Source of the DNA: a phage
Reading direction: 5' to 3' (one strand)
Sequence record: OR896157.1
DNA: 64,000 nt
Shown: positions 1-9,408 of the stretch, piece after piece
Layout: every line of letters starts with the position of its first letter
How positions within the stretch are numbered: the first letter of the stretch is position 1
Program-made: the position numbers and the translations under genes
The notes under the pieces: generated by a model
The model's database searches: none
Told to the model about the DNA's origin: nothing
Seen by the model: only the letters and a program-made list of their open reading frames with translations

Positions 1-16
1 GGAATTACAAATTGAA

Positions 17-784
17 TCATTTCCATTTGCCTTTGTAGTCAGATTTCTTAACATCAATCCGGCCGGTTTGACGATAATGGTCAACCAGATAGAAATGACG
101 TTCATACACATGCAGAGACCCAGCGTTCCAAATAATGTCGCCTGGAACATATTTTTCACCAGAGCCTGCATTAACTGTTTCTACTAATGATTCTAACACA
201 TATTTCTGCCAAGCATAATCATTGCGGAAACCAAATACAACATCATTGCTTCGCATATTAACGACAGCGTTTACACGACCATCACGAATAAGATATTGAA
301 CTGTGTTAGTGCACATGAAATCACTCATACCATCACGTTCAAAATCAACTTGCATACTTGGACGAGTGTAAATCATAATTGCGCGGCGAGAGTCTGGTTT
401 TTCAATCAGCTCAGTTGCACAGAATGAGAATTGATTATAGTTTTCAGCAGACCAGATTGCCCAGCCATAGTTTGAGTTAATTTCACCCTTTGAAGATGAA
501 ACTTGTTCCCAAATTGCCGGAGTACCACCCGGAATATCTTTCACGAACAGAGACTTGGATTTGTACCACGCAAGTTCACGTTCAACATATTCTTGGTTAA
601 CTGTTCCGAAAATTGAATCTTCGGTTACTACAAAAGATGGACCAATTAACTCAATGGTCTTTGCGCCAGTTTTGTCAATTACAAACATCTCGTTGAACAG
701 AGCATGGCACAGTTCATCACGAATATCTTCGTTAGTCAGTGGAGTTACAATCATTTTGCCTCTTCGTAGTTTTTCTTCATACAA
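17..784 (-). CDS. 42: dCMP hydroxymethylase (T4 gp42)
   Basis: 255-aa ORF closely matching remembered T4 gp42 over full length (e.g. SDFMCTNTVQYLIRD, NMRSNDVVFGFRNDYAWQKYV). Confidence 0.93.
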   Translation of the reverse strand: MYEEKLRRGKMIVTPLTNEDIRDELCHALFNEMFVIDKTGAKTIELIGPSFVVTEDSIFGTVNQEYVERELAWYKSKSLFVKDIPGGTPAIWEQVSSSKGEINSNYGWAIWSAENYNQFSFCATELIEKPDSRRAIMIYTRPSMQVDFERDGMSDFMCTNTVQYLIRDGRVNAVVNMRSNDVVFGFRNDYAWQKYVLESLVETVNAGSGEKYVPGDIIWNAGSLHVYERHFYLVDHYRQTGRIDVKKSDYKGKWK

Positions 785-1191
785 CGTTTAAATGCTTCAT
801 ATTGGCCAGAAGACCTGAAGTTTTCAAATGCGTTGATATTTTTGCGGGTAGGATTATTATACATTGTTTGATATAAAGCAGCACCATGGAATTCAACGAT
901 AGCTTGGCACTTACGAGCAGCTACTCGCTTTTCATAAGTAGCGTCAAGTTCTCGCTGCTTTTTCATAACGCGTGCTTGGTCACGAGCGATAGGGTCATTA
1001 GCCTGCTGCTGAGCAAGATATTCTTCGCCTTCACGAATAGAAGACTGCTTGACCTGCGGAGTTGAACGAGCATACACCAGACCAGTGCCGCCTACATACT
1101 TAACTTGCCCTACAGTACTAGCATGAACAGTGTCTCCTTGATAAGCACAACCTGCCAGTAACATAGCAGCAGCTACTGCTAAAAATTTCAT
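751..1191 (-). CDS. predicted lipoprotein (signal peptide + lipobox LLAGC) at the imm locus position
   Basis: 146-aa ORF between 43 and 42; N-terminal hydrophobic signal with LAGC lipobox; not similar to T4 Imm by eye. Confidence 0.55.
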   Translation of the reverse strand: MKFLAVAAAMLLAGCAYQGDTVHASTVGQVKYVGGTGLVYARSTPQVKQSSIREGEEYLAQQQANDPIARDQARVMKKQRELDATYEKRVAARKCQAIVEFHGAALYQTMYNNPTRKNINAFENFRSSGQYEAFKRCMKKNYEEAK

Positions 1192-1201
1192 TTCAATATC
1201 C

Positions 1202-1426
1202 TCATCTGTGAGTTACAAGTTTATAAGTCCAATCACTTTCATCTTCACGATAGATGTTAACGATAGAAGTCTCTTTGAGTTTAGCTCGTAGATTCTTTTC
1301 AGTGATTTCAATACCATCATCAAAGAAAATCTTATCAGCACCGCCAGCACTCAGGAAGTAAAAAGTGCTTTTGAGATTGAACTTCAGTACTGGAATGTAG
1401 CTATCGTCGGTGATTGAGTAAATCAT
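1202..1426 (-). CDS. hypothetical protein
   Basis: 74-aa ORF, co-oriented, preceded by sigma70-like promoter at 1453-1481. Confidence 0.45.
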   Translation of the reverse strand: MIYSITDDSYIPVLKFNLKSTFYFLSAGGADKIFFDDGIEITEKNLRAKLKETSIVNIYREDESDWTYKLVTHR

Positions 1427-1452
1427 TTTATTCTCCTTTTGTGTATAGAAGA

Positions 1453-1481
1453 ATTATACCACATCCGTGTGGTAATGTACA
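1453..1481 (-). promoter_or_regulatory. candidate sigma70-type early promoter (-10 TATAAT, -35 TGTACA)
   Basis: minus-strand TATAAT at 1453-1458 with 17-nt spacer to TGTACA; upstream of ORF 1202-1426. Confidence 0.4.
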
Positions 1482-1486
1482 ATGCT

Positions 1487-4195
1487 TTAGAAATCAAACA
1501 TATTGTCTAAAGACGCTTTTTCTTCATAGTCTAATCCAGAAGCTTCTGACATACCAGCAAGTGGCTTAACGAAAGACTTTTGGAACAGAGTCGTATAGTC
1601 CAACCAAGCCAGAACATCTTGACGAATTTCCTGCGGAAGTTCAGTACCTGATGGCCAGGCGATACACTTGTCACCGAATGGGTTACCCTGACGAAGTGGA
1701 AGAACCATCACCTTGTTACCCTCGAGAATCGGAGTGACAGAGAATCCTGCCGTTGCACGATTATAAGTCAGTGCACCACGAACGTGATATGGACATTTCA
1801 GACCAGGGAAACCATTATCGTCATATTTACCAATGTCATTACAAGTTTTAACTTCTGCAATAACTTTGTAGTCCAGCTGACGATATTCCTTCTCAAACTG
1901 TTTGTAGTATTCTTGCAGTGATTCTTCGCCTTCTTGAACCATACGACGAATACTTTCTTCCAGTGCTTTCTGAACTGCTTTTGGCGTAGAAGACTGCTGA
2001 GTTTCCATGCCCATAATCTTCAAGTGTGGTTCAGCATAACGCTTATCTTCCATGTCGTAAACGTTCAGTGCATAACGTTTCTTAGCTTTCCAGAATCCAC
2101 CACAACCTTTTGAACCAAGCGGCGGACATGAAATAGCTTCTCGGTCCATGTGCATAAGATGTTCACGGTTATTGAAATATTCGCACAGTTCACGATAAGC
2201 AGTATCAATCATCGGTTCCATTTTCTTCTTACCGAATTGGTTCATAAATTCAACCACTTCGTCAGTCGTTTTGAAACGTTCAAGACCTACTTTTTCAATA
2301 ACTTTGTCAACAGAAACGTAGATTGAGTCAGTATCACCTGCTGCGATGAAATCAAATCCTTCAGTTCCACACACTTTATTCAGATACTCGTTAACTTTAC
2401 GAGCAATCCAACGAATACCTACTTGACCAAACAGTGTAATAGCAGATGCGTTACGAAGGTCATAATAACGGAAGTAGATGTTACCCAAAGCACCATAAAG
2501 ACTGTTGATAAGAATCTTACGGTTCAACTGGTTTGTGTTTGCTAGAATAGCAGCAGCTTCACATCGAGCCAGCATAGTTTCCAACACCAACTTCGTGTAC
2601 TTATTCAGTGATGCTTTCTGTTCGTCAGTGTACTGAGTGTAACGAGTTTCATCTGGAGTATCAATGTCACCGAATACGCCAGCTGCCAGAACTTTCTTAA
2701 TTTCTTCTGCGTTACGTTCTTCTGCGAACATCTTTTTCTTCCAATCTTTACGCTGGAAGAATACCTTAGCGATTTCTACTGGGATGACACCTTCAATATC
2801 TTTACGATACATCCAACCGTTCGGTGAGCAAGAATACTCGTCACTTGGACGTGGTGCAGTCTTATTGATATAAGCTTCAATATCATAAAGTTTGAATTGA
2901 CCAACAATAGTTTCCGGAGAAATATTCACCTGACGAATGATACTCGGATACAGAGATGTTAAGTCAAAACTCATGATGTACTTACGAGCGCATGCTAATG
3001 GTTCAAATACATATGCACCTGGATAACTTTGCTTGATATGACGCTTACCTTGAGGAACAACTTTGTTCTGTTCTTTCAGGGAGTTAAAGATAATTGCGTC
3101 CCAAGTTTTAATCGGAGACATTACACCACCAAACGGCATCTTGGCATAATAAGACATACTAAGTGCCAGGTCAATGAATCCACGAACTCGGTCAATACCA
3201 CCTACGGACTCAACGTCCATAATGTTATAGCTAATGTATCGTTGGTGATTTGTTTCACGAAGTTTGTTAATTGGACCATCGTATGGCAACTTACCACGTT
3301 TAGTCTCGTATAGAGCGATGTAGTCCAAGTTATAAGTTGGTTGGTTCGTGAATGAATACTTCTTGTACAAATCCATGTAATCCAGAATTGTTACACCATC
3401 AATACTGAATACTTCTTTTTCACCGTACATGTTCTGAATGAGTTTTGAATTCACTCGATTGATTGGAGAGAATCGTTTCATTGAACGTTCACCCAATACA
3501 TGCTTAACACGGTTCATGATGTATGGAATATCGAAGCCTTCAATGTTCCAACCCGTGAAGATTGCTGGACGCTTTTGTTCCCAGAGATTGATATATTCCA
3601 GAAGAAGTTCTTTCTCTGAATGGAAAGGCATGTACACTACACGGTCGAGAATATGTTGTGGAACTTCGTCTCCACCTTCTTTATCACTTCGTGCAGCTAA
3701 CTTCGCGTCCCATTCTGAAACTGAGCCATACAGAGAATCTAACAAATCGAAAACGTAGAACTTATCATCGATTGAATCATAATGAGTGATTGCATCGATT
3801 TCGTACATAGCTTTCATTGGGTCTGGGAATTTATCACCTGTAACTTCGATGTCACAGTTCGCAACACGAATGAATTTCTTGTCATAAACAATTTCAGAAC
3901 CATAAGTGTCGGAGATATAAGCGAGTTTGAAGTCATCCATACCCATGGCTTCAAGACCGATATCTTCCATACGACGAATCCAATCACGAGCATCTTTCAT
4001 GGTTGGGAATGTGTTTTTGATACATGGTTTCCCATAGATATCAAAGAACTTTGTCTTCACACCTTGTTGAGCATGAGAAAACATAGTTGGAGAATATTCA
4101 ACTCGTCGTTGACGTTCTACACCATTGGAGTCAATATAACGTTCAATGATGTCATTACCTGCGGTTTCAATAGAGATATAAAATTCTTGTGCCAT
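1487..4195 (-). CDS. 43: DNA polymerase (T4 gp43, family B)
   Basis: 902-aa ORF collinear with remembered T4 gp43; exonuclease and polymerase motifs (DIE, YGDTDS, KILINSLYGALG). Confidence 0.97.
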   Translation of the reverse strand: MAQEFYISIETAGNDIIERYIDSNGVERQRRVEYSPTMFSHAQQGVKTKFFDIYGKPCIKNTFPTMKDARDWIRRMEDIGLEAMGMDDFKLAYISDTYGSEIVYDKKFIRVANCDIEVTGDKFPDPMKAMYEIDAITHYDSIDDKFYVFDLLDSLYGSVSEWDAKLAARSDKEGGDEVPQHILDRVVYMPFHSEKELLLEYINLWEQKRPAIFTGWNIEGFDIPYIMNRVKHVLGERSMKRFSPINRVNSKLIQNMYGEKEVFSIDGVTILDYMDLYKKYSFTNQPTYNLDYIALYETKRGKLPYDGPINKLRETNHQRYISYNIMDVESVGGIDRVRGFIDLALSMSYYAKMPFGGVMSPIKTWDAIIFNSLKEQNKVVPQGKRHIKQSYPGAYVFEPLACARKYIMSFDLTSLYPSIIRQVNISPETIVGQFKLYDIEAYINKTAPRPSDEYSCSPNGWMYRKDIEGVIPVEIAKVFFQRKDWKKKMFAEERNAEEIKKVLAAGVFGDIDTPDETRYTQYTDEQKASLNKYTKLVLETMLARCEAAAILANTNQLNRKILINSLYGALGNIYFRYYDLRNASAITLFGQVGIRWIARKVNEYLNKVCGTEGFDFIAAGDTDSIYVSVDKVIEKVGLERFKTTDEVVEFMNQFGKKKMEPMIDTAYRELCEYFNNREHLMHMDREAISCPPLGSKGCGGFWKAKKRYALNVYDMEDKRYAEPHLKIMGMETQQSSTPKAVQKALEESIRRMVQEGEESLQEYYKQFEKEYRQLDYKVIAEVKTCNDIGKYDDNGFPGLKCPYHVRGALTYNRATAGFSVTPILEGNKVMVLPLRQGNPFGDKCIAWPSGTELPQEIRQDVLAWLDYTTLFQKSFVKPLAGMSEASGLDYEEKASLDNMFDF

Positions 4196-4217
4196 GAGTT
4201 TCCTTAGTTTTTCCTAT

Positions 4218-4235
4218 AGACCGAGTGATTGGTCT
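4218..4235 (-). promoter_or_regulatory. gp43 translational operator-like hairpin (5-bp stem, 8-nt loop) just upstream of the gene 43 Shine-Dalgarno
   Basis: minus-strand AGACC-AAUCACUC-GGUCU followed by AUAGGAAAAACUAAGGAAACUC-AUG; same architecture as the T4 gene 43 operator. Confidence 0.5.
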
Positions 4236-4246
4236 TTGGTATGTCT

Positions 4247-4271
4247 ATTATACTCCGCTCTGCTGATAGCA
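4247..4271 (-). promoter_or_regulatory. candidate MotA-type middle promoter for gene 43
   Basis: minus-strand TGCTA (MotA-box-like) then 14 nt then TATAAT. Confidence 0.35.
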
Positions 4272-4272
4272 G

Positions 4273-4292
4273 AAAGGGCCCGAAGGCCCTTT
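4273..4292 (-). terminator. GC hairpin AAAGGGCC-UUCG-GGCCCUUU (UUCG tetraloop); copy 1 of 4
   Basis: perfect palindrome GGGCCCGAAGGCCC flanked by A3/T3; lies between regA-distal small ORF and gene 43 leader. Confidence 0.5.
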
Positions 4293-4294
4293 AA

Positions 4295-4456
4295 TTAAAG
4301 CGTAATTTCTTCATACTGAATTACATCATTTTCGTCTTTGTATGGCAGAGTAATCACTGTTCCTTCTGGATAAAGAGGAGTGCCATCTGACGAGAACTGA
4401 CTTTTAAGTGAAGCAATTTGACGAGCTAGTTGTTCTTGTGGAGTACCTTCAAACAT
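4295..4456 (-). CDS. hypothetical small protein (53 aa), start overlaps regA stop (TAATG)
   Basis: ORF in track trimmed to ATG sharing A with regA TAA stop; no T4 counterpart recalled. Confidence 0.35.
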   Translation of the reverse strand: MFEGTPQEQLARQIASLKSQFSSDGTPLYPEGTVITLPYKDENDVIQYEEITL

Positions 4457-4821
4457 TATGCACCTATCGTGTATTTTGATTTGAGAGTCCATTCAGATTT
4501 CTGCTGGAATGTGATAACACGGAAGTTATTCTGCATTTCAGCAAGATGAACATCCGGAGTCACGATATCAAGTAAGCCCCATCCTTGTAACAGTTGGGCA
4601 ATTGAATCTCGACGGATGTAGTCTTCAGAATCAATAGTAACAGGACGACCATCAAGCTTCAACATTTCTTTGAAGTGAACGATGTAGTACTTGCCCTGTT
4701 TCTGAAGAATGTGGCAACTTTGATATAGTACCTTATCTTTGTTATTAGCAATACCCATACGAGTTAGGGTTTCTTTCACTTTCAGAAAATCTTCAGGTTG
4801 TTTCAGAGTAATTTCAATCAT
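4456..4821 (-). CDS. regA: translational repressor RegA
   Basis: 121-aa ORF nearly identical at N-terminus to remembered T4 RegA (MIEITLKxPEDFLKVKETLTRMGIANNKDKVLYQSCHILQK). Confidence 0.92.
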   Translation of the reverse strand: MIEITLKQPEDFLKVKETLTRMGIANNKDKVLYQSCHILQKQGKYYIVHFKEMLKLDGRPVTIDSEDYIRRDSIAQLLQGWGLLDIVTPDVHLAEMQNNFRVITFQQKSEWTLKSKYTIGA

Positions 4822-4822
4822 T

Positions 4823-5386
4823 TTACCATTCCAATGCTAATTTTTTAAGTTGCTTTTGTTCTTTCACGTTTTTAGTAATGCTTTTGACCAGCTCATCAGT
4901 CACTGTACCTTTAAGACGTTTTAATGTCTCAGACAGTTTATTTTTGTTGGCTAGAGTCACTCTATAACGCTCAGCGTCATTGATATTGATTGTATAATGA
5001 TTCATCAATACTTTCAGAATGAGTGTCTCCTGGGCGCTCTCGTTTAACTTAGCCCACTTACCAAAACGGCGTCCTCGAGGAACAGCCGCTTTCAGATAAT
5101 TGAAATGAGCTTCATCTGACAATCCAGAACCAACTAAATTCATCACATAAACTGATGGCATGCATTCTGGAAATTGAGATAGAGCATTTTCTACCATGAA
5201 CTTCGAATAATCACGAGTTCCGATTGATATATCTTTCTTCTCGTTAATTGCACCGATTATTGCGAAGAATTCATTTTCTGCTGTTTCTTTGAAAGTATCA
5301 GAGAGACGTTTAATCTCCGCCTCATCTTTACTATACCAAGCAATCTGGTGTTCGTTCAGCTGAACGTCATCTTCGAATAAACTCAT
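4823..5386 (-). CDS. 62: clamp loader small subunit (gp62)
   Basis: 187-aa ORF matching remembered T4 gp62 (same length, C-terminal [16 protein letters not shown]). Confidence 0.9.
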   Translation of the reverse strand: MSLFEDDVQLNEHQIAWYSKDEAEIKRLSDTFKETAENEFFAIIGAINEKKDISIGTRDYSKFMVENALSQFPECMPSVYVMNLVGSGLSDEAHFNYLKAAVPRGRRFGKWAKLNESAQETLILKVLMNHYTININDAERYRVTLANKNKLSETLKRLKGTVTDELVKSITKNVKEQKQLKKLALEW

Positions 5387-6342
5387 TTGAATTGCATCTC
5401 TACAACAAGTTGCATGAACATATAAGTTATGTGCAGTTCTGTCGAAGCTGCTACACCATGATATTGATTGTTCTCACCGACAATCTCATACATCCTGATG
5501 ATACTTGCTTTATCAACTTTCGTGTAAAGCTCGTTAGCAAGTTTCTCGATAAACCAAGAATAATTAGTCGCATACTTAGGAGCTAATGCACGAAGTTGTT
5601 TAACATCTTTTGATTTCAGTGCATCAATAACATCACTGATATCACCAGAAGTTTTCGTCACCAAATCCAAAATTCCAGAGTCAATAACGCCTTTGGAAGA
5701 ATAATGGTCCAAATCACCAATCGTCTTACGAAAATCTGGGAAGTTCTTGTTAACCAAAGCCGCGATGACTTTAAGGTCTTCAATTTTGATATTCTCGTTT
5801 TTACAGATTTCTACGCAACGGCGAATCATTTCTTTCATCATGCTGCGTTTATCGTCATCAGTCGCTTGACCGAATTTGATAACACGACAACGAGATTGAA
5901 GTGGTTCAATGATACCGTCAATGTTGTTAGCAGTGATGATGATTGTACAGTTGCTTGAATAAGCTTCCATGAAAGAACGTAAGTGACGTTGAGATTCAGC
6001 AAGACCTGAACGGTCAAATTCGTCAATCACAATAACTTTCTGCTTACCGGATAATGAGGCAGCTGTTGCAAAGTTTGTCAGTGGCCCACGTACGAAATCA
6101 ATCTTACAATCTGAACCGTTAACGAACATCATTTCAACACCGACGTCGTTACAAAGTGCTTTTGCTAAAGTAGTTTTGCCTGTACCCGGAGATGCAGATA
6201 CCAGAATCATATGAGGGATGGTGCCTTTCTTGATGATAGCATCGAATACTTGGCGGTCAAATTCCGGAAGAATACATTCCGAAATTGATTGTGGACGATA
6301 TTTCTGTTCGAAGATGTGTTCTTTTTCGTTAATGCTTAACAT
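5383..6342 (-). CDS. 44: clamp loader large subunit (gp44, AAA+ ATPase)
   Basis: 319-aa ORF, Walker A SPGTGKTT, Walker B VIVIDEFD; position between 62 and 45. Confidence 0.93.
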   Translation of the reverse strand: MLSINEKEHIFEQKYRPQSISECILPEFDRQVFDAIIKKGTIPHMILVSASPGTGKTTLAKALCNDVGVEMMFVNGSDCKIDFVRGPLTNFATAASLSGKQKVIVIDEFDRSGLAESQRHLRSFMEAYSSNCTIIITANNIDGIIEPLQSRCRVIKFGQATDDDKRSMMKEMIRRCVEICKNENIKIEDLKVIAALVNKNFPDFRKTIGDLDHYSSKGVIDSGILDLVTKTSGDISDVIDALKSKDVKQLRALAPKYATNYSWFIEKLANELYTKVDKASIIRMYEIVGENNQYHGVAASTELHITYMFMQLVVEMQFK

Positions 6343-6401
6343 AATTTCCTCATATTGAATTAATCAAATCAGTGGATGGTCCGAAGACCATCCTATCACA
6401 A

Positions 6402-7088
6402 TTAGAAATCGTGAGTACTATCTGCTTCCATTGCTACTACATAACTTGCATGTTCACCTTCGAACTTAGCAGCAGTTTTCTTACCTTGTGCCCAGAGCAG
6501 CAGTTTATAATCGGCAGGCTGCATCTTCATGTTACCCATGTTGATAACGAAGTTGAAGTTATTCGTGCCATCATAATCACCGAGAGTCAGAGAATATTTG
6601 GTACGAACAAGTGCAGAATCTTCTACCTTATTGAAGCCGTTCAGAACAATCTTACCATCTTTATTAGTGATGGTGATTGTGTCAATCTGCAGACCGCGAG
6701 ATACTCGCATCAGCTGTTGCAAGTCTTCAGATTTGAAGTCAACGATAACAGAAGCAACCGGGAATGGAATTGGCTTGCTTGGGAATACGATAGTGCTTGG
6801 GTCAGCTGCTGGCCAGAAAATGGTTGAACGAGCATCAGCAATTTTGATGTTACCGTCATCAGCCAGAGAAATTTCTGCATCTTCATTGACCAGAGACAGA
6901 ATACCAAGGAAGCCGTTCAGTTCATAAATCGCAACTTCAAAATCAATTTCATCTGCAATTTTAGCTTCAGCATAAGTTGTACCATTAACTGCTCGAGTCA
7001 TGATGAACTTACCAGGTTTCAGCATAATACCAGAGTTGATGGTAGAGAAGTTTTTCAGAATATTCAGAGTTTCTTTAGACAGTTTCAT
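6402..7088 (-). CDS. 45: sliding clamp (gp45)
   Basis: 228-aa ORF, same length and position as T4 gp45. Confidence 0.88.
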   Translation of the reverse strand: MKLSKETLNILKNFSTINSGIMLKPGKFIMTRAVNGTTYAEAKIADEIDFEVAIYELNGFLGILSLVNEDAEISLADDGNIKIADARSTIFWPAADPSTIVFPSKPIPFPVASVIVDFKSEDLQQLMRVSRGLQIDTITITNKDGKIVLNGFNKVEDSALVRTKYSLTLGDYDGTNNFNFVINMGNMKMQPADYKLLLWAQGKKTAAKFEGEHASYVVAMEADSTHDF

Positions 7089-7096
7089 GTTTTTCC

Positions 7097-7522
7097 TTAG
7101 TTCAATTCAATTTCAGTTTCAGATGATTCAGATTTTACAACAAATGGAGCGAAGCTATCATAAACTTCTTGAGCAACGATTTCAGCAGCTACCAACAGCT
7201 GTTCATCAGCGTTAGTACAGAATTCGTCTTCCAGACGTTCACCACCGACCTTATCGAGAATAACTTTAGCGCCGGCTTTAATTGAACGGTCATAGTGCTT
7301 ACGCATTACTTCAATCCACTTTTCAGAGACTGAATTATCAACAGAAGAGTAATAAGCGAAACGAACTTCTGCATCAGGCAGTTTACGTTTGATAGCTTCT
7401 TTAATTTCTTCAGGCAGCATCAGAACCCATGCTCGACGGATTTTATTCTGATTGTTAGGGTTGGAGTCAGTACGTACGTTTTTAGGTTGGATTTCTTTAA
7501 CATCAGTAACGATATTCAGCAT
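7097..7522 (-). CDS. rpbA: RNA polymerase-binding protein RpbA-like
   Basis: 141-aa ORF in the 45/46 interval where T4 has rpbA; assignment by synteny. Confidence 0.5.
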   Translation of the reverse strand: MLNIVTDVKEIQPKNVRTDSNPNNQNKIRRAWVLMLPEEIKEAIKRKLPDAEVRFAYYSSVDNSVSEKWIEVMRKHYDRSIKAGAKVILDKVGGERLEDEFCTNADEQLLVAAEIVAQEVYDSFAPFVVKSESSETEIELN

Positions 7523-7531
7523 ATTATTTTC

Positions 7532-7723
7532 TCATTCAAAAAATTCAGAAACTGTCCAAGCAGGATGCCTGTTGGAAGATATTTTATCATAGTCTTTACC
7601 GAAAGCATCTTTTAAATGCTGGTCGGTAACTACGTGTTCTTCACCAGAAAAATTATTGATGAGAACGTACTTCTTTATTTCAGGGAACGTTAGTAACTCG
7701 TTCCCGGTTGCGTATTGTTTCAT
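7532..7723 (-). CDS. hypothetical protein (45.2 position)
   Basis: 63-aa ORF between rpbA-like and 46. Confidence 0.45.
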   Translation of the reverse strand: MKQYATGNELLTFPEIKKYVLINNFSGEEHVVTDQHLKDAFGKDYDKISSNRHPAWTVSEFFE

Positions 7724-9408
7724 TCCAGTACCGTAAAGCGTCCAACTTTCTTCATTTGAAGATGTTGTCCGTATGCTTGAGGGTCATGGTCTCGGTGAGA
7801 AATTATAAAAATATTTGAATTTGGCATTTTACTAAGAATGTTATTAATTGCTTTAACACCCTCAGCATCGGTGGCGGAGTCAAAAATTTCATCTAAGAAC
7901 AGACAACTTATTTTAACACCAGATACCAATTCAGCAATATCACGCCAAGTAAATAACAGCGCAATATCAATACGAGCTTTCTCGCCTTGACTGAAAGAGT
8001 TATAACTAAACTCTTCGCGTCCTCGGGATTTAATCGTTTCGTTGAACTCTTCATTCAACGTAAAGACGTAATCCGCATCCATTATCTTCAAGTATGTATT
8101 AATCTGCTTATTGAACAGAGGAATGTACTTCTTAATGATTGCGCCTTTAATACCAGAATCCTTGAACATTTCTGTAAGAATACCACGTTGATATTTTTCC
8201 ATAACAATGTTGGATTTGGTATCAACTATTTTATTCAATTCTTCTGTAAGCGTTTTGATTTCATCTGAATAATCAATGAACTCTTCAGCTGCTTTATCAA
8301 TAGCTGCTTTAATCTTACGAATACGCTCTATAGCTGCTTTTAACTCTTCGGTTTTGGCTGCGACTTGTCCTCGGATGTCTCTGGCTCGGCGTTTAACCGC
8401 TTCATATTCAATTTGGGAAGCCTGAAGATTCTCTAGATGCGTTTTTAACTCAGCATGTTTGATATTACATTCATCAACTTTCGAGTTAATCTGGCCGATT
8501 AGAGCATCACTAGAGTGCAAATCCTGCAAACATGTTGGACAATGACCGCCTTTATCATACAACGACAGAACTTTTGTGTATGACTCGATGCGGTTCAGAA
8601 TAGTCATCCCAGCCATCTGAGTTTTCTGAATTCCTTCAGACACATCATCTTCTTCGCCAATTACGATGTTAGCCAAGTTCTTGTTCAGCTCGTCGATAGT
8701 TGAACGAATGTTACGAGCATCAGCCATAGACTCTTCGTACATACTCTGCCAACGAGCAACGTTTTCGCCAGAAAGTTTCTTTTGCTTCTCTATGTTTTCT
8801 TCATAGATTTTGATTTGTTGCTGAATTCCGTCTTTCTTTGCATCAAGAACTTGAACTTGAGAATTCAGTTCTCGAACCAAAGACTTATTCAGTTTATCCA
8901 TTTCAGCAATGATTGAAACTTCAAGCAGGTCTTCTACTAACTTTCTCCGAGCGGGTGTACTAAGACCCATAAACGGAGTGTAGCCTGCTGTTCCGAGTAC
9001 CACGACCTGCTTGAAACTCGTGTATGACATTCCAATGAGTTCTTCGAAATAACTTTGGAAGTCTTTAACTGAAGCTGCTTCATCAAGTTTAGCACCGTCG
9101 CGTTCAATTTCAAAGACATTTGGTTTCTGTCCACGTTTGATGTAATACGAATGACCGTCATATTCCATCCACAATTCGCAGAGCAATCCTTTCTTATTGG
9201 TGGAATTAATTAATTGGCCTTTCTTGAAATCACGGAATGGCTTACCAAACAATGCGAACGTAATCGCTTCAAGCATTGTACTTTTACCGGCACCATTCTT
9301 ACCAGTGATTAATGTTTTGTGAACCTTATCAAGTTGAATATCAATGGGCTGTCCGCCCACTGACATAATATTTTGATACTTGACTCGGTTCAATTTGAAA
9401 ATCTTCAT
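7720..9408 (-). CDS. 46: recombination endonuclease subunit gp46 (SbcC/Rad50-like ATPase)
   Basis: 562-aa ORF; Walker A GKNGAGKST, coiled-coil middle, signature and D-loop at C-terminus; synteny with 47. Confidence 0.9.
   Translation of the reverse strand: MKIFKLNRVKYQNIMSVGGQPIDIQLDKVHKTLITGKNGAGKSTMLEAITFALFGKPFRDFKKGQLINSTNKKGLLCELWMEYDGHSYYIKRGQKPNVFEIERDGAKLDEAASVKDFQSYFEELIGMSYTSFKQVVVLGTAGYTPFMGLSTPARRKLVEDLLEVSIIAEMDKLNKSLVRELNSQVQVLDAKKDGIQQQIKIYEENIEKQKKLSGENVARWQSMYEESMADARNIRSTIDELNKNLANIVIGEEDDVSEGIQKTQMAGMTILNRIESYTKVLSLYDKGGHCPTCLQDLHSSDALIGQINSKVDECNIKHAELKTHLENLQASQIEYEAVKRRARDIRGQVAAKTEELKAAIERIRKIKAAIDKAAEEFIDYSDEIKTLTEELNKIVDTKSNIVMEKYQRGILTEMFKDSGIKGAIIKKYIPLFNKQINTYLKIMDADYVFTLNEEFNETIKSRGREEFSYNSFSQGEKARIDIALLFTWRDIAELVSGVKISCLFLDEIFDSATDAEGVKAINNILSKMPNSNIFIISHRDHDPQAYGQHLQMKKVGRFTVLE

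Noticed and set aside
555-791. 78-aa plus-strand ORF
   Set aside because: Antisense within dCMP hydroxymethylase (gp42).
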